A DNA stretch of 64,000 nt, taken from the NCBI GenBank assembly GCA_051294375.1, contig CM119265.1:11940382-12004381 (forward strand), read 5' to 3'. Positions 1 to 14,000 of the stretch are shown here, one piece after another. The stretch comes from Paraspadella gotoi. Taxonomy: Eukaryota > Animalia > Chaetognatha. The stretch's first letter is position 1. Every line of letters begins with the position of its first letter. The notes under the pieces were generated by a model. The model saw only the letters and a list, made by a program, of their open reading frames with translations, made no database searches and was not told the DNA's origin. Position numbers and translations under genes: made by a program.

Positions 1-1439
1 AAATCATTTTAGAATTCTGCAATCTGCATTGATATATTATTAATGTATTTATTGTTATAAAGCTTAGTATAAGACAAGCAAGTTTTAAATTAGAATCGTC
101 TCAATTTCAATTTGAAAAGACCTCAGTTTAGTACTCTGTTCTGGTGTTAGTTTTTTTTTTCAATTGAAATAAGACTGAAGTCTTTTGTTCATCTAGTTAA
201 AAATGAGGTTGAAAGCCTTATCTATTTGCATATTATTGAAAATGAATGAGATTGATTGTATGAAATGAAAACTCGTCAAAAAATTATAATCCCTATTAAT
301 ATTTTATTTCCTCATGTTAAAAAATTTTAATCTTGAATAAATTTTTTTTTTTAAGAAAAAACCACACTGAGGTCAAATTTTATATTTGCATATTCAACTA
401 ATTTGTAAATATTTATCACAACTCCTAAAAAATATAAAAATGATTAAATAAATACACAAAAAATATTTATAAATTTAATAATAGTACAAATTATCAGAAT
501 AACAAAAAAAAGTAATGTTTAATTTGACTATATCTCTCTTCCGACTCCTATTTTAGATATTATTTGCCAATAGTGGGCCGACCGGTCCAAAGCTACAATA
601 ATAAATAATAAAACAATTTGATATATGCCATTTAGTTATTTGGCAAAATTGCCGGATATATAGTAGGTATCGCCTACCTATCAGTATTACATTAGCTGAT
701 GCACATGTGACATTGCATGTTGTTGTAAATAATGGAATTTATGTTTCATACGCTGCTAAGCGCGGAATAAATGGCGATAATAAAAGTTTTTAGAAGGAAA
801 AAAATAATCAGAATTTTTCAAAAAACGAACGATCACGCAAGAGAGAGAGACAGAGAGAGAAAGAGAAAGCTGGACAGCCGCTGGAAGGCCGCTGTACAGT
901 CACTGCAGAACCTGAACTCGTTTTTAAACGATTCAGAAAAGGCAGCGCCTGACAAAAATAGGATATTTTTTTATTTATTTTTTAATTTTATATATTTTTA
1001 TTAATAACAAAAACAGTACTGACAAAATTATAAACAGTATCAGTGTAAAAGACTAAAAAACAGTAAACAAGTAAAAACTAAACTAAATTCAACAAAGACA
1101 AAAGACATTAATGTTTAAATGGACATATGAATAAAATGTTATGAACTAATTCATACGATACTATAAAATATAATGTTCAAGAACGTTAAAAATTCACATT
1201 TTTAAACAAAAAAAAACATCAAGTATAAAAAGGAAGCAACGTTAATAAAACGTTCAAAAATAATGCAACATTATTAAAATGTTCAAAGATTATAGGATTT
1301 TTTAAAAATTTTTTTATTAATACCAAAAACAGTATTGACAAATTCAGAAACAGTATCAGTGTAAAAAACTAGAAAACAGTAAGTAAAAACTAAACTATTA
1401 AAATTCAATAAAAACAAAAGACATTAAAGATTCTAGGAA

Positions 1440-2087
1440 AAAATTTATATATATATAATTTGAAAAATAAAGCTTGTAAAAGATTTTATTTTTATTTGTA
1501 TTAAAATTAAGATATAGCTTTTCATTAAAAAGGTTTTTTTATTTCACATGTTTTTTATTGATTTAAAGATTTTTTTATGAATTTCATCTTCAATATTATT
1601 TACTGCAATATGTAAATTAGATTAAAACATTTCTATATAATAATTAGAATATTTTATTGAGTACTATAATCTCATTTGCATATTGCAGTAAATCATAATG
1701 AAGTATAAATTCAAACAAAAAATACTTGAATCCAAATGTAAGAGTGATGGAGGCCTTAAACCACCAAAGCCTGTCCAAAGTCAGGGGCAAGATAGCTTAT
1801 TTATTAAATGAATGGATAATTTTTATATTGGTTGTACCAATTTCATAAAAATTTTAAAGCTATTTCATGATGAGAAGCCACTTACTATGATCGCACACTT
1901 TTATAAAACTTCATCATAATTCATAATAATTTTTATTTATTTATTTATTTAAAAAAAACGGTCCCAGCCAAAACTATCAAAGCGTAGTAGTTTTTATACA
2001 AAAAAGCGTGACGACGACGACGTCACAAAGAAGCTCACCCGAAACAATATCGAGCTTAAACCGGCTTCGCCGGCAGGCTCGATAAAA
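1440..2087 (-). mobile_element. Helentron/DINE-like non-autonomous element, family B
   Basis: On the minus strand: T-tract, ATCGAGCC...GCTCGAT terminal inverted repeat enclosing a CCGGCGAAGCCGG hairpin, then a (GTC)n microsatellite. Near-identical copies at 48950, 49528 and 57360; family 3' ends (GGCTCGAT...CTTTTAAGATTTT) at about 54980 and 63870. Confidence 0.65.
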
Positions 2088-2718
2088 AGTACATTCTCTG
2101 AGAGGGAGCTCTCGAGGCATTCCGGGGTTAGTACACTGTTACAAAATTACAATGAAAATTTAACACTAAACTTTATAGGAATCCTTGGCGTTGTCTTTGT
2201 TCTTGCGGCAAAGGGTTTGTTTGGTCTTCTTCTTCATGTAATTGCTGACTCAGCAATGCTGAGTTCTTCTACCATTGTGGCCAATCACCTCTTTGCCGGG
2301 AATCTGTCTCCTTCTGGAAATCGTTGTCCTTCCTCCCATCTGCAACAAATGGTCATAGAAACTTCAGAAAACCACCATTCGATTCGAAATAAAATTCTCT
2401 TTCGAATGATGTGCTATATGATTAACTTATTTAAAGATTTCGCTTGACCCAGCGGCGTCAAAGTTCCACATGCGTCAGATTCATTGATTTACATATATTT
2501 TGAAACGTTGAAGGGATCTATGTGATGTTTTTAATCATTATGGATTGAAATGAATGTAAAACTCCGATGTAGTTGTAATTTATTAAAAATTAATAAAAAA
2601 GTATTAAGCAAAATATACCGGAAGTGTAATTTTAATATTTTTAAACCAATTTATCTTCTCTCATGAAAGTGACGGCAAGAGGCAAACAATTCTTGCATTG
2701 TTATTGTTAACTGAATCT

Positions 2719-4110
2719 TTAAACTTGAAGTTCATAAGACACTGTTTGGCTTAGGTGAGATCGACGATGTTCTTCAACGCCCTGAAGCATTGCTTCGTGT
2801 TGCATTTTATTACGGGTTATTGAACCATTGTAATCACTTGCAAATTTAACCACCCTCTCCCCAGCATCATTGAGTGGCGAAAATCCATTTACAAGCTTGC
2901 AGAATGAGTGGTAGTTGGCGTTATCATTACATTCTTCCACAGGTTTCGACAAAAAAGATGGCTCAAAGTGACAAAGCTGTGTAATAAATTATAATTATCA
3001 TTGAAATAAATATATGAAATTGGTACAACCAATATAAAAATTATCCATTCATTTAATAAATAAGCTGTCTTATAATAATATATAATTAAATATAAAAATT
3101 ATTGATAAAATATTGCAAATGAACCTGAAAAAACAACCATGAATCAGACGAAACCTAATCTTCTAATTTGCTGTTTTCATATACGCATGGTATTTCCGGC
3201 TTTCCCATTTCTACTTGGACCTTTTCAGAGCTCAAGAGGGCTTCAGCCATCGACATTCTAGTTGAGTTTGTGACTTTTTTTGAAGCCAAAGCGAGAATAA
3301 CCAAGCGGCCAGAAAGATATTCGGTATGTAAATCAATCTTTCTTAGTCCAGCATGTGCCCCATCGCGATTCCTTGATCGCCACGCCATTAGATCTTCATG
3401 AAGGGAGAGAGTAAGGAATGGAGCATCCGCCATGAATGGACAGCAGAACCAGTAATAAAATTAAATGTACAAGATGTAATTAGACATCACTAAGACATCC
3501 ATTTTCTGCTGGTGACTCAAAACGAAAGAATCACCAACGATCAGCATTTTGAGAATGTAGAGGCAGCTACCCATCCAACGAGCGTGATGTATCATGCTTA
3601 GCCTTTTTGTCACGTGAAGTTGAGCTTCTTTGCCGAAGAAAAACAGACGAGATCAACTGACTTCATATTAATTTTATTATGAGTGTGCTTTTGGCAATAT
3701 AATGATAATTGATTTCTAAAATCTAAATAAATTTGCAAACTACAAAGCATTTTGTGCATAATTATTTATCTAATTTTACTCTACTCATATTCTACTAAAA
3801 ATATGATATTGTAACCTTTTTCCTTAGTTCTTCCTTAGTTCTTTCAAATTGTTTTCAGGTGAAGCAAAGGGATTCGCGCGTCACCCAGTTTCCAAAGGTT
3901 AATTCTAGAGCTACGACATTAGCAGTCTCATTTTTATCTCGTTGGTTTTTGGGCTGAGTGTAAAAAATGTCAAAGAACCGTTCCAATACTGCTGCCCCTT
4001 TTGGTGGTTCTGCCGGCGGTGGTCGAAAGTTCGCTAAGCGCTTGCAAATACCGAATTCGGGAAACAGAGGAAACTCGTCCCCTGTAGCAGAGCGAGTGTT
4101 CATGATTAAT
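2719..4110 (-). pseudogene. Decayed hAT-superfamily transposase (HHARWM type, probably hATm group)
   Basis: Colinear fragments: N-terminal piece 3855-4103; HHARWMGSCLYILKM at about 3545-3590; HTEYLSGRLVILALAS in 3155-3433; LNDAGERVVKFASDY...LQGVEEHRR in 2719-2952. The RW and ER motifs correspond to the hAT catalytic and dimerisation motifs. Confidence 0.7.
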
Positions 4111-5409
4111 GGACTGTCTGTAAAAAAAGATTATTCTTAATAAATTAAAGAATAACTATCTATCAGTCACAGAAATTTAATAATTAACTAAATTATATCG
4201 AAAAATAATAAATATTGTAACTGAGAAAGAGTTCCAATTTGGATGTTGTTACCTAGTTGCTTTCAACTCGCCTGGGTCAAGCGTAATATTTTTAGAAATT
4301 AATTAAATTATATACCAAACGAAAGAGAATTTTATTTCGAATCGAATGGTGGTTTTCCGAAGTTTCTATGACCATTTGTTGCGGAACAAATTGTGTCTAC
4401 TGAGGATCTTGGCTTTGTGGCACCCGTCGAAGAGACTTGAGTATTACTCATTGAGTATATTTGGAATCCAATCTTCCGTAGGAAGCCATCTTTGTAATTG
4501 TAAGGCCGAGATAATCTTTGTTTTATCAATTCTCATCAGGACCAAGAGGAATCTACAATCTTGTGAGGGAATTCTTCAGGGTTTGCTGTTAGTGGCGATA
4601 ATATCCGCGAGTGGCTTATAGTGTATAAAGTTGTTTTTTTTGTTCATTAGTTTCATCAGTTTTTTTTGTTTGTTTGTTATCAGCTTGTGTCATAGCTACC
4701 ATCGACGTTAACTGAACTGCCGTAATATTGAGAGGAGTAAGGAATCTTCGAAGTAACGGAAACAAGAGTTTTATTCTCAGAATCAAGTGATCACAAAATT
4801 ATAGATGAAAATTCTTTGCTCTTTCTTTTGTGAGCCAGAAGAACCAAGTCACAAGCAAATTCACATCAAACCTCTATCTCTACTTTGAGTTCCCGCTCCC
4901 TGACCCCACGAGAATCCCTGCATTGTTCCCCATTGGCCCCCGACCCATGTGATCCCCTTCTACTCTTCTGTGATTGGTTCGTGGTCCAAGTGTGGTCATA
5001 GAGTTTAGGGTAAGGTCTTTGTTTGAGCTTTTGGTGAGGTCGGCTTTTCCGCCGACTGCTCTGCTGAGTCCGCTACTTCAGCTCCTGCGTATGGGTTGGG
5101 GAGGCGAGAGAGAGAAAACAGCAGCCGGCGACCGCGTGGTCAGTGAGCGTTGATGCTACTTTGTATGTACACTGTATAGGTCGGAGAGGGGACTACCGTG
5201 GCCACAGTGTTCCCCATTCCACGGTCAGCCTATATGTTTGGGGCGGGTTATTGTTTCCGCAGCTTCATGCCTCTGCTGTTCCCGGTTGTGAGGCGCAGTG
5301 ACCATAGGCGTTCGTATCTCATCCGGGTGCAGCCTCTTCAGCACTCTGCGGTGGACGACTCGCTGACAGATTCCACTCTTGCCCGCCGACAGATTCCACT
5401 CTTGCCCAC

Positions 5410-6000
5410 CATCATGTTCCTCTCTTGATCGTCATCATGTTCCTCTCTTGATCGTCGTCATGTTCCTCTCTTGATCGTCATCATGTTCCTCCTCTGTTCA
5501 CCGTCAGATTTTGCTCTTGTTCATTATCAGATTCTATTCTTTTATTTTCTTATCAAAAATGATTTTGTCCGTCTGAAATGTTTTGAAGTTTTTGTATAAA
5601 GGTCAAATTTTTTAAAGTTTCTTCAGGTGAAATATAGATTCTCGCGTCTCTCTTCCGATGGCACCGCGTTGCTCTTCCGATGGCACCGCGTCGCTCTTCC
5701 GATGGCACCGCGTCGCTCTTCCGTTGGCACCGCGTTGCTCTTCCGTTGGCACCGCGTCGCTCTTCCGATGAATCCTTATCTTTTTGGCATATGCAGAACG
5801 CCTTGTTTGTCCGTTTTGGATGCCTCGCTCGACCGTCCAGATTGCCTCGCTTGACCGTTTTGAATGCCTAGCTTGAATGTCCCAAATGTCTCGCTTGAAT
5901 GTCCCGAATGCCTCATTTGATTGTCCCAGATCTCTTGCTTGATTTTCCCGTATGTCGGGCTTGACTGTCCAGATCGATTTGCTTGACTGTCCAGAACGCT
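5410..6000. repeat. Minisatellite cluster with 22-23 bp units
   Basis: ATCATGTTCCTCTCTTGATCGTC x3-4 (5410-5490); CTCTTCCGATGGCACCGCGTYG x5-6 (5650-5770); degenerate GCTTGAATGTCCCRAATGYCTC units to about 6000. Confidence 0.85.
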
Positions 6001-6454
6001 TACTTGTTTGCCGAAACGGATTTCCCGTTTGAATGAATCCTGCTGTTTTCTTCAAGCGAAATGCTTTTTTTTTTTCTCTCAAAAATAACTTTTTCGTCTA
6101 TCATTGTTATTTTTAAAATCCTTTAAAAGAAAATTCGTTCCGAATTTTTTTCTCGCGTTACATCCTCGTTGCGAGACTCAGGTTTTTTTCTCACTGCCAT
6201 CTTTCCTCCGCTCGAGACTTCGATCCTTCTGGTTTTGAACTTTGGATCCGCGGCCCGTGGATTCACTGTCTTCGTTGAAAGTTGAGAACCGAATTCCCAG
6301 AGAGAGAGAGAGACTCCTCGAAATTTCGTATCTTTCGTCGTTTCGCGGCTCGTTTTTCCGTATGTTACGGCTGTCGGTTTGGCCGAATCCTTATTCCTTA
6401 TTTGACGTCATCTTTGTTCGCATTTTCATCTGTCCCCATCATCATCTGCATCTA

Positions 6455-6560
6455 TGATCGTATAACGGCAGTTCTTTCTCGCATCATCGTAGTAATGGAT
6501 CGCATCATCGTAGCAATTGATCGCATCTTCGTAGTAATTGATCGCATCATTGTAGTTTTT
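6455..6560. repeat. 21-bp minisatellite
   Basis: GATCGCATCATCGTAGTAATT-like unit repeated about 5 times. Confidence 0.8.
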
Positions 6561-7526
6561 GTCCTCGCCGTCGCCCCTATTCAGAGATGTGGAAGCGATC
6601 GATTTTCCGCCGCTGCCAATCCGGCGCTTCCCAAGAACCCTCCCGCTCCCGTTTTCGGGTGCAATCCTTATTTTTTTAGCCCGGATCGCTTTCGGTTTCG
6701 AGTGCACATCGCTTCCTTCCTTTAAAAATTTTACATTTGTTATTACTTATAAAAATATTCTCTTTAGACATGTAATTCATTGGTAGAATAATTTTAAACA
6801 ATCTTTTTTGTTAATAATTAACAAATAAAATTTTTACTATGAAAAATTTTAAGATTTATAAGATTATAAGAATCGTTCGAGTGGAAATGAGTTTAAATAA
6901 AAAAAACAAAAAACCTGTTTCCCTATCTGATTTTTTCTCTTTTAATAATTGTAAATACAAGCTGCATTAATTATTCAATTAATCAATTAATTAATCAATC
7001 AATCAATTAACTAATCAATAAAAAAATTAATGCATCAATTTTTTTATCAATAAATCAATTAATCAATCAATTTATCAATCACTAATTAATAAATTTATTT
7101 ATCAATAAATTATTAACAGAACCAATTAATTAAACAATCAATTAATCAATCAATTAAACAATGTCAGTGTTATCATTGTCATCTCCAACGTCGTTGTTGC
7201 TTTTATCCTGGTCAGTGACCTGACAAAAAGACCTAAAATTTAACAGGCCTGATATGAATTTCATTTAATTGATCAATCAATCATTCAATTAATCATGACG
7301 GTATTATCCTCGTCGTCATCATCATCATGGTCGTCATTTCTTTTGTCATAATTAAAAGACGAAAAAACAAACAAGTTTGCACTAACAATGCCAGAACTGA
7401 TCAGTTACTTATTTATTCAATCAATTAAGCAAATAATCAATCGATCAAAAAATTAAGCAATCAATTTGTCATCGTCGGTGTTATCATTGTCGTAGTTGCC
7501 ATCATTAATTATTTAATTAATTAATT

Positions 7527-7668
7527 TAGAACAAAGTTTGAAGAGAGATTTAACATGTGAGTCGAAACATGTCCGTTTCACTATGAAATAAAAATTGTTG
7601 TTAAATCTCTCTTCAAACTTTGTTCTAAACCAAATCACAACGAAACAGAAAGGAAAAAATCACAATGT
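7527..7668 (+). mobile_element. Short Penelope-like terminal fragment with inverted duplication
   Basis: TTAGAACAAAGTTTGAAGAGAGATTTAACA is inverted against 7599-7628 and flanks a hammerhead half-core GAGTCGAAACATGTC. The same tail, also with an inversion, recurs at 42835-42931. Confidence 0.6.
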
Positions 7669-7816
7669 CTAATTAATTAATTGAAATTTTTTTATAATGT
7701 TTGCCGTGACTCAAAGCAAGAATTTATAGAAAAATTTAAGGAGTGTTTTTGTGATAAAAAAACTGGTATTATCAAAACAGTAAAAAAGCAAAATGAAAAA
7801 ATAATAACAACAACAA

Positions 7817-8626
7817 CTAGTATTTATATTGGCTGAGAAAAAGTCAGCCATAACAAGGTCGGGTAAGAACAGGTCATTCTTATTGACCACTACTGTACTA
7901 CGGGTCACAAAGTACAAGTACCCCTTTTTTGTGACCAGAAACACGTTCCGAGAAATCTACTGAATAGAATTTAATGAAATTTTGCATGCGGAGTACCAGT
8001 AGTGATACAAATGGAACTATCAAGGCGAATTTTTACATTCCACCCCTAAGCTGAGATAAGGGGTCCTGAGGGGGCAGCCCCTGAGGGCCACAAATGGTCA
8101 AAAAATTTTTTTTAAATTTTTTTATTATTTTTGTTTTAAACAGTTGCACAGACGTTTACTCTTCCACAAAAACGTATTTATTACCTCAAAAATATTCATT
8201 TACCTTAATTTTTAGCTTCATGAACATCAGCAGTTAAAGTCAGATTTAAATAATTTGGGAAAAATTGGAAGTAAAACGATGAACCATGCATCTTCAACCA
8301 TGCTTAATTATTGCAAATTTATCAATTTTAGTTCTAAAATGTTTTTTTCTTATGTTTAAAACGTCAATGCACCTGATGCTACTAAAAAAATTTGAAAAAA
8401 ATATAAAATTTAGCATTTTTTGGCCCCCCAGGGGTCCACCCCCAGGGGTCCACCCCCAGGGCCCTGTATCTCTTGTCAGGGGTTGAATATCAAAATTCGC
8501 CTCGATAGTTCCATTTATATAGTCATTAGCACTCTAAATGTAAAATTTCATTAAATTCGATTGGGTAGTTTGGTGGGAACAGATTCTGGTCACAAAAAAG
8601 GGGTACTACATTTTATAATATAAAGT
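7817..8626 (-). mobile_element. Non-autonomous Helitron
   Basis: The minus-strand 3' end has the hairpin GGCTGA-CTTTTTC-TCAGCC about 10 nt before CTAG followed by T. The 5' end is CTTTATATTATAAAAT. A long internal inverted repeat pairs about 7918-8075 with 8452-8606. Confidence 0.65.
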
Positions 8627-8975
8627 CTTCTGTATTTATTTTATTTTAAATAAGTCGTTTAATTTTATATTCCTTTCCCTCTTCTTTTTCTTAGTAGATC
8701 AATTCGAGTTTGTTCAAAACAATACATTCCAATGTCAGGATCAAGAATGAATGAAAATTGCGGAAATTGGTATCCCTCCAAAATTTTACATAAAACAATC
8801 CCAAAATGCACGTTTTGAAATCGACTTTTCCGTGTATAATGTAAGCGTCGTGAAACTAAGCATTTCTTTAAACAAGAAAAGGATACTTGAATTAAAGCTG
8901 AGAGGCCAAAAATTGAGTTCACATGTCCTTATAGTTGCAGGGTGGGGTCACTCCGTTACATTGTTACAGCTCTGT

Positions 8976-9187
8976 TTGGGCGACGAAGGTTTCGCCAACA
9001 CGGGGTTGACCCTAGTTGGTCACTATGTTGTTTGGTCACGAGGGAAGCCGGTTACTGACCATCGATCTCTCTCTCCCTCTTTCTTGGTAAATGCCTCGCT
9101 CTCCCTCGATTAGTCTCTCTTAGTATCTCAACGATTGAATATGTGTCTGTCAATAACTATTGTGAAATGTATTTATGTGCCTCTACA
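8976..9187 (+). mobile_element. Solo LTR of the TGTGGCGACGAAGG family
   Basis: Homologous to the LTRs at 38992-39174 and 37505-37644; ends in GCCTCTACA. Confidence 0.75.
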
Positions 9188-10432
9188 ATACCTTTTACTT
9201 ATTTAATTTTTTTTTCATCAGTCATGTTTTTATTGTATATATACTTGTATAGTATTTATTAATTGAATATCCCTCGGAAACTCGTAAAAACGAGGTTTCT
9301 CCGGGTGAAACACATTTGTGAGTTTACAATTTTAAATCCATTTCTCTCGTTAGAGGTTAACGAGGTTAAAAGCAAAGTTAAAATAACGGCCAAAAAATGG
9401 ACCGGTCGAAAATTGACTGGGAATGAGAGAAACGAATCAAGATATCTTTCACAATTGGTTTGTTGCTTTTCATTATTTTTATAAGATAGAAACATGGCTT
9501 AAAGCTGCCTGGAAAGTAGTGTCAAAAGAATATCATTCAAGCATTCTGATTCATTAGGAAAAAAATTTTCAAGGCTTATTACACAATCCATGAATATTAA
9601 TAGCAATTATAATTATTAATTATTATTAATTAATTATTATATTTATAATAATTTTTATGATAGAATAAGTAGCAAGTTGTTTCTTTAAATTTGAGCACTA
9701 TGTTCAGTTTAAAGCATATAGTAAAATACTTCTTATTGAATAGACTAATCGCCAGATAAATAATTTGTTTTGAAAATAATATTTACTTAATATTCAATTT
9801 ATAATAAGAAAATTAACCGAGTATGGACTAAACACCAATTTCCAGTAACGTGAGACAAATGCAAAATCTGATAAGAATATAAGTTCAGATTTAAGAATTA
9901 AGATGCCTCCTATCTAAAAATTAAGTATCTCATACCATGCTTCATTATTCATTACAATAAATAATACAGCAATGTAAAAATTATAAAATGTTCTTTGTTT
10001 TGATAAGGAATAAAAAAATAATATTAATTCTAAATTTAAACAGAAAAAAATTTAAAAAAAGATAAAAAATAAAAATCTTTTGAAACTATGATATTTATTT
10101 TAATTATATGCTATGATAGTTTTTTCATGACATTTATGATACTGATACAACTGTCATATAACAATAAAAAACTATTAAAAACTATTAATATTGCGTATTT
10201 GCTTAATTACTGAGCGTTATTTCCGGTTTTGGACACGCCCACTATGGGTATGAACAATTTTTTAAAAAACATTTTAATGTAAAACTTATTAAATAATGAG
10301 ACTAATTGTAAGATAAAAATAATAATTACTTAAATATTAAGTTTTAAGAAAAAGGAAAAATTCCATGTTGTAGTCAACGTCAACTTCCGGTCAATTGTGC
10401 GTGGGTCTAACGCAAAATCTGAATGATGATAC

Positions 10433-10666
10433 TGAAGAGACAGTAATTATTGTTAAGTGTTAGTGACAGAACCGTTCAATATAAGCAGTCTCTGAGCTTC
10501 GGATCAGGCTGTAACACCGTGTTACAGGCGGGTTAAGCGCCCCGTCCCTCTTAACTGCCAGGCGGCCACCGGGCTAGAACCCCGGACCTTTGGGTTGGGA
10601 GGCGAATGACTTGCCTCCGGCACCAATGGCCGCTGATGAACGGTTGGTGGATTTTAATCCACCATA
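10433..10666 (-). mobile_element. tRNA-derived SINE
   Basis: 72-nt tRNA-like head (10562-10633) with acceptor stem GCGGCCA/TGGCCGC, A-box-like TGGTGCCGGAGG and B-box-like GGTTCTAGCCC, but a broken anticodon stem. A second copy lies at 43727-43947. Confidence 0.7.
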
Positions 10667-11046
10667 ATACCTTGTTAATCGTTTTAGGCACTCAAAATTA
10701 TACTCGGAACTGAACAGTATTGTCAAAATTTTTGATGAATGGTTAAAAAAAAACTGTGTACTGAATAAAATTTCAATGAACTCAAAATTCTCATTGACTT
10801 ATAAATTATGTACTAGTATACGTCTAGTCGAAATAGAAGATTCATTATAAGTCTCAAGATCAAGTTGGTAAAGTGAGTAATAACTTAAAGAAAATACAGT
10901 ACAAGCCACGAGAAAAAATTAAACTTGACAAACGCGTTAAAAAGCTGGATGATAGTGATACAATGAGATACAGAGATACAAAGACTTCGCTAATAATAAA
11001 GAATAAAAAAGAATAACAAACGAAAAGCACAAACACTATAGCGTCT

Positions 11047-14000
11047 TCAACGATACTTGTAGTTGAATTTGAGTTTAACGAGGTATCTCATCCGCACTTG
11101 GTTCGAGTTGTACACGATAAATTCGTTGTACTGCAGCGAAGTATTGCTCCCTAAATCTTTACCGACTCCGCAAGGAACCACGGTTCCATCATCCATCGTG
11201 TAGTATCCCTTCTCGTCCGGCATCGTTTTTCCTTTGCCCCACGTGCTGTGCTTGCCTAAGGTCAAGAAATTGAGTTTCAATGATACCCCGTTTCCGTTCG
11301 AGAGTGACACCAAAAAATCTTTACCCTCAATATTGTCGGACATTCACTTACATCATGTCAGAACATCGAATTATGATAAATTATGCAAAAAAAATTATGT
11401 CCGTCTGTCTCTCCGTCCGTCCCACCTTAGCAAAAAGGTCCAATAACTCGTGATTGGGTTGGTTGGATTGGAATGAAATTTTGTTTAAAACGCATTTACT
11501 AAAATCTTTTTACTTATTTTAACCAATAATTACTCTAATTAATCATAATTGGATGGATAGATTGAGTTGAAATTTTGTGTGTGGGTAGGAAAGTGTGGGA
11601 CAAAGCTTGATATAAAGTTTCGGTGGAAACGTGCGAGTGGAAAAGAGTTTAAATGGAAAAAAACATAAGTCACATTTACTAGAATCTTTATTATTTAAGA
11701 TTACTAATAAATGTTTTAAATAATTAATTGATTAATGTGAAAAAATGATGCAAGTTGAAAAAATGATGGAAGTTTAAAAAAATGATGCAAATTGAAAAAA
11801 TGATGCGAGTTGAAAAAATGATGTGAGTGGAAAAAATTATGCGAGTTGAAAAAATTATGCAAGTTAAAAAAAATTAAAAAATATTGTGATTTATCATCTG
11901 ATTAGCTGATTACCGCTTAATTATCGTAGGCAGATCCGACATTGTTTATTCAAACTTGTTTATATATAAGTTTCATTTCGTGTCTAATTCATTTACTATT
12001 CTATATTTAATTTTTTATCTAACAGAGTAAAATTGGCGAAAAAAGACCATTTTAGGCATGTTCTTGGTTGAATTTTTTTAAAAATTTACATCATAAGATA
12101 TATGAATTGTCATAATGTCGGTCCGCCCCCTCAATCTTGTCGGGCATTCACTTACAGGGTAGTGAATCAAAACTTAGAAAATCCGTATCTGTATTGAACT
12201 AAGTTCGGAGAAGTGGCGTCTTTGAATTCTAACTGACTGGACTAATTCTGCGCATTGAAGACCAAATGAAATCGGGTATAAAATGGCGCAGAAGAGACGA
12301 TGGCGCCGGTCCAGACGCCCTGGAGATGCTGACGACAAAGTCTCAGTAGACGACGTCGGCTAAGGCCGAAATGACGACTGTCTACGAAGCCCAGGACTTG
12401 ACGAAATGTCTGTAGTAAGTCTGTTGCTTGAGTCGTAGTAGAAGAAGAAGAGTCTTGAGAAGTTGATTGTCTTAAGTCTGTAGAAGATTGTAGTCTCTTG
12501 TAGTAGTAGACAAGTCTGTAGTCTTAAGAAGTTAGAAGTCCTGGGCAAGGAATAACAAAACATTTATCACAAACTCAGCAAATATATATAAATTTAAAGT
12601 GTCTTTCTTACTTGTTTCTGAAGCCAATATTAACCAAAAAGAGATGCTTCTCTCATAGAAAAGTCCACCAAACCAGCGATCACACAAAAAATAAGATTCC
12701 GAGATATCTGATAAAGAGTTTCTAATGCTCTGAAAAAGAACTAAAAACCCAGTGACAACTTTGAGATCTGAAGATGCCACGTGACCAGAATTCGATTAGA
12801 ATCTTAATCGAAATCTATCGAAATCACGGGCACCAATCAGAATCAGCTGTACACTGCCTTCGGAAATCTGTACTTAAGTATAAACAAAAGAGAGCCTAAA
12901 GATGTTGTGTCGATCGCCAGAATGGAAGCATTTTCGATGTCAGTAATAAAGAGCAAAAGAGCAACGGGGAAAAGGTAGAGAAGCTGGATTTCCTCGTAAT
13001 ATTAAAGATAGTTATTTAGTAACAGTATCTTTTTTTATTGTTTGACGCATCGGATACATTTAAAGAAAATAATTCAATTGAAGATACTTAAACAAACCTT
13101 GTTCTAACTATTAAAGCAATGCAAAAAGCACTGCTGCAAAATTCACTCCTGCCACAGCACCTAAAAGAATCACAGCTGCTCTTCATAAACGCTTCTGAAA
13201 GATTGAGACACAGCACGGAGACGGTTTACCCTACGCCATTGATATTTTGGTTGAAAGTCATATGGGTCTTCCCCTTTAAAACGCTCAACTTAGCACAGTT
13301 TAGGGGAATTAGATGTGGATATTATCAGGCACGAAAATCATTCACTCAAAAATTAAAATGTTACTGCTGCTGAAATCTTTATTTTTTTCAGCTGTATACA
13401 ATAATGCCCTTTGTTACAGCCATGCATAATAGAGCGAAGTGATGAAAAGATTGAGCGATGGAACAATGTTTTTTTGCTGCCTTTGTATATGTAATATAAA
13501 ATAATTAAGCCCTTTTTCAAAAAAAATTTGCATAACAGTATCATTAATTAAATTTTTTTTATAGTAATATCCTTATAAAATCATAAAATTTCAAAATCAT
13601 ATTTTTTTTATTTTAAGAACAGTGTATTGAAACTAAGTTCGGAGAAGTGGCGTCTTTGAATTCTAACTGACTTGGCTTATCCTGCGCATTCAAGACCAGA
13701 TGAAATCGGGAATAAATGGCGCAGAAGAGACGATGGCGCCGGTCATGACGCCCTGGAGATGACGACGACAGTCTCGGCAGAACGACGTCGGCTAAGGCCG
13801 AAAGGACGACGAACTGCAAAGCCCAGGACTTGACGAAATGTCGTAGTAACTTGAGAAGGTCTGTAGAGTTAGAAGTCCTGGGCGAGGAATAACAAAACAT
13901 TTATCACAAACTCAGCAAATATATATAAATTTAAAGTGTCTTTCTTACTTGTTTCTGAAGCCAATAATAAACCAAAAAGAGATGCTTCTCTTCATAGAAA

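Noticed and set aside
2170-2345. Exon-like, GC-richer minus-strand segment after a CAG acceptor
   Set aside because: All three frames hit stop codons and no motif is recognisable; probably decayed mobile DNA.
10562-10633. Functional tRNA-Gly gene
   Set aside because: The anticodon stem does not pair, the T-loop is non-canonical, and the sequence is part of a dispersed repeat; it is better explained as a SINE head.
10633-10666. CTGATGA in the SINE as a hammerhead core
   Set aside because: No GAAA and cleavage triplet follow in the right geometry.
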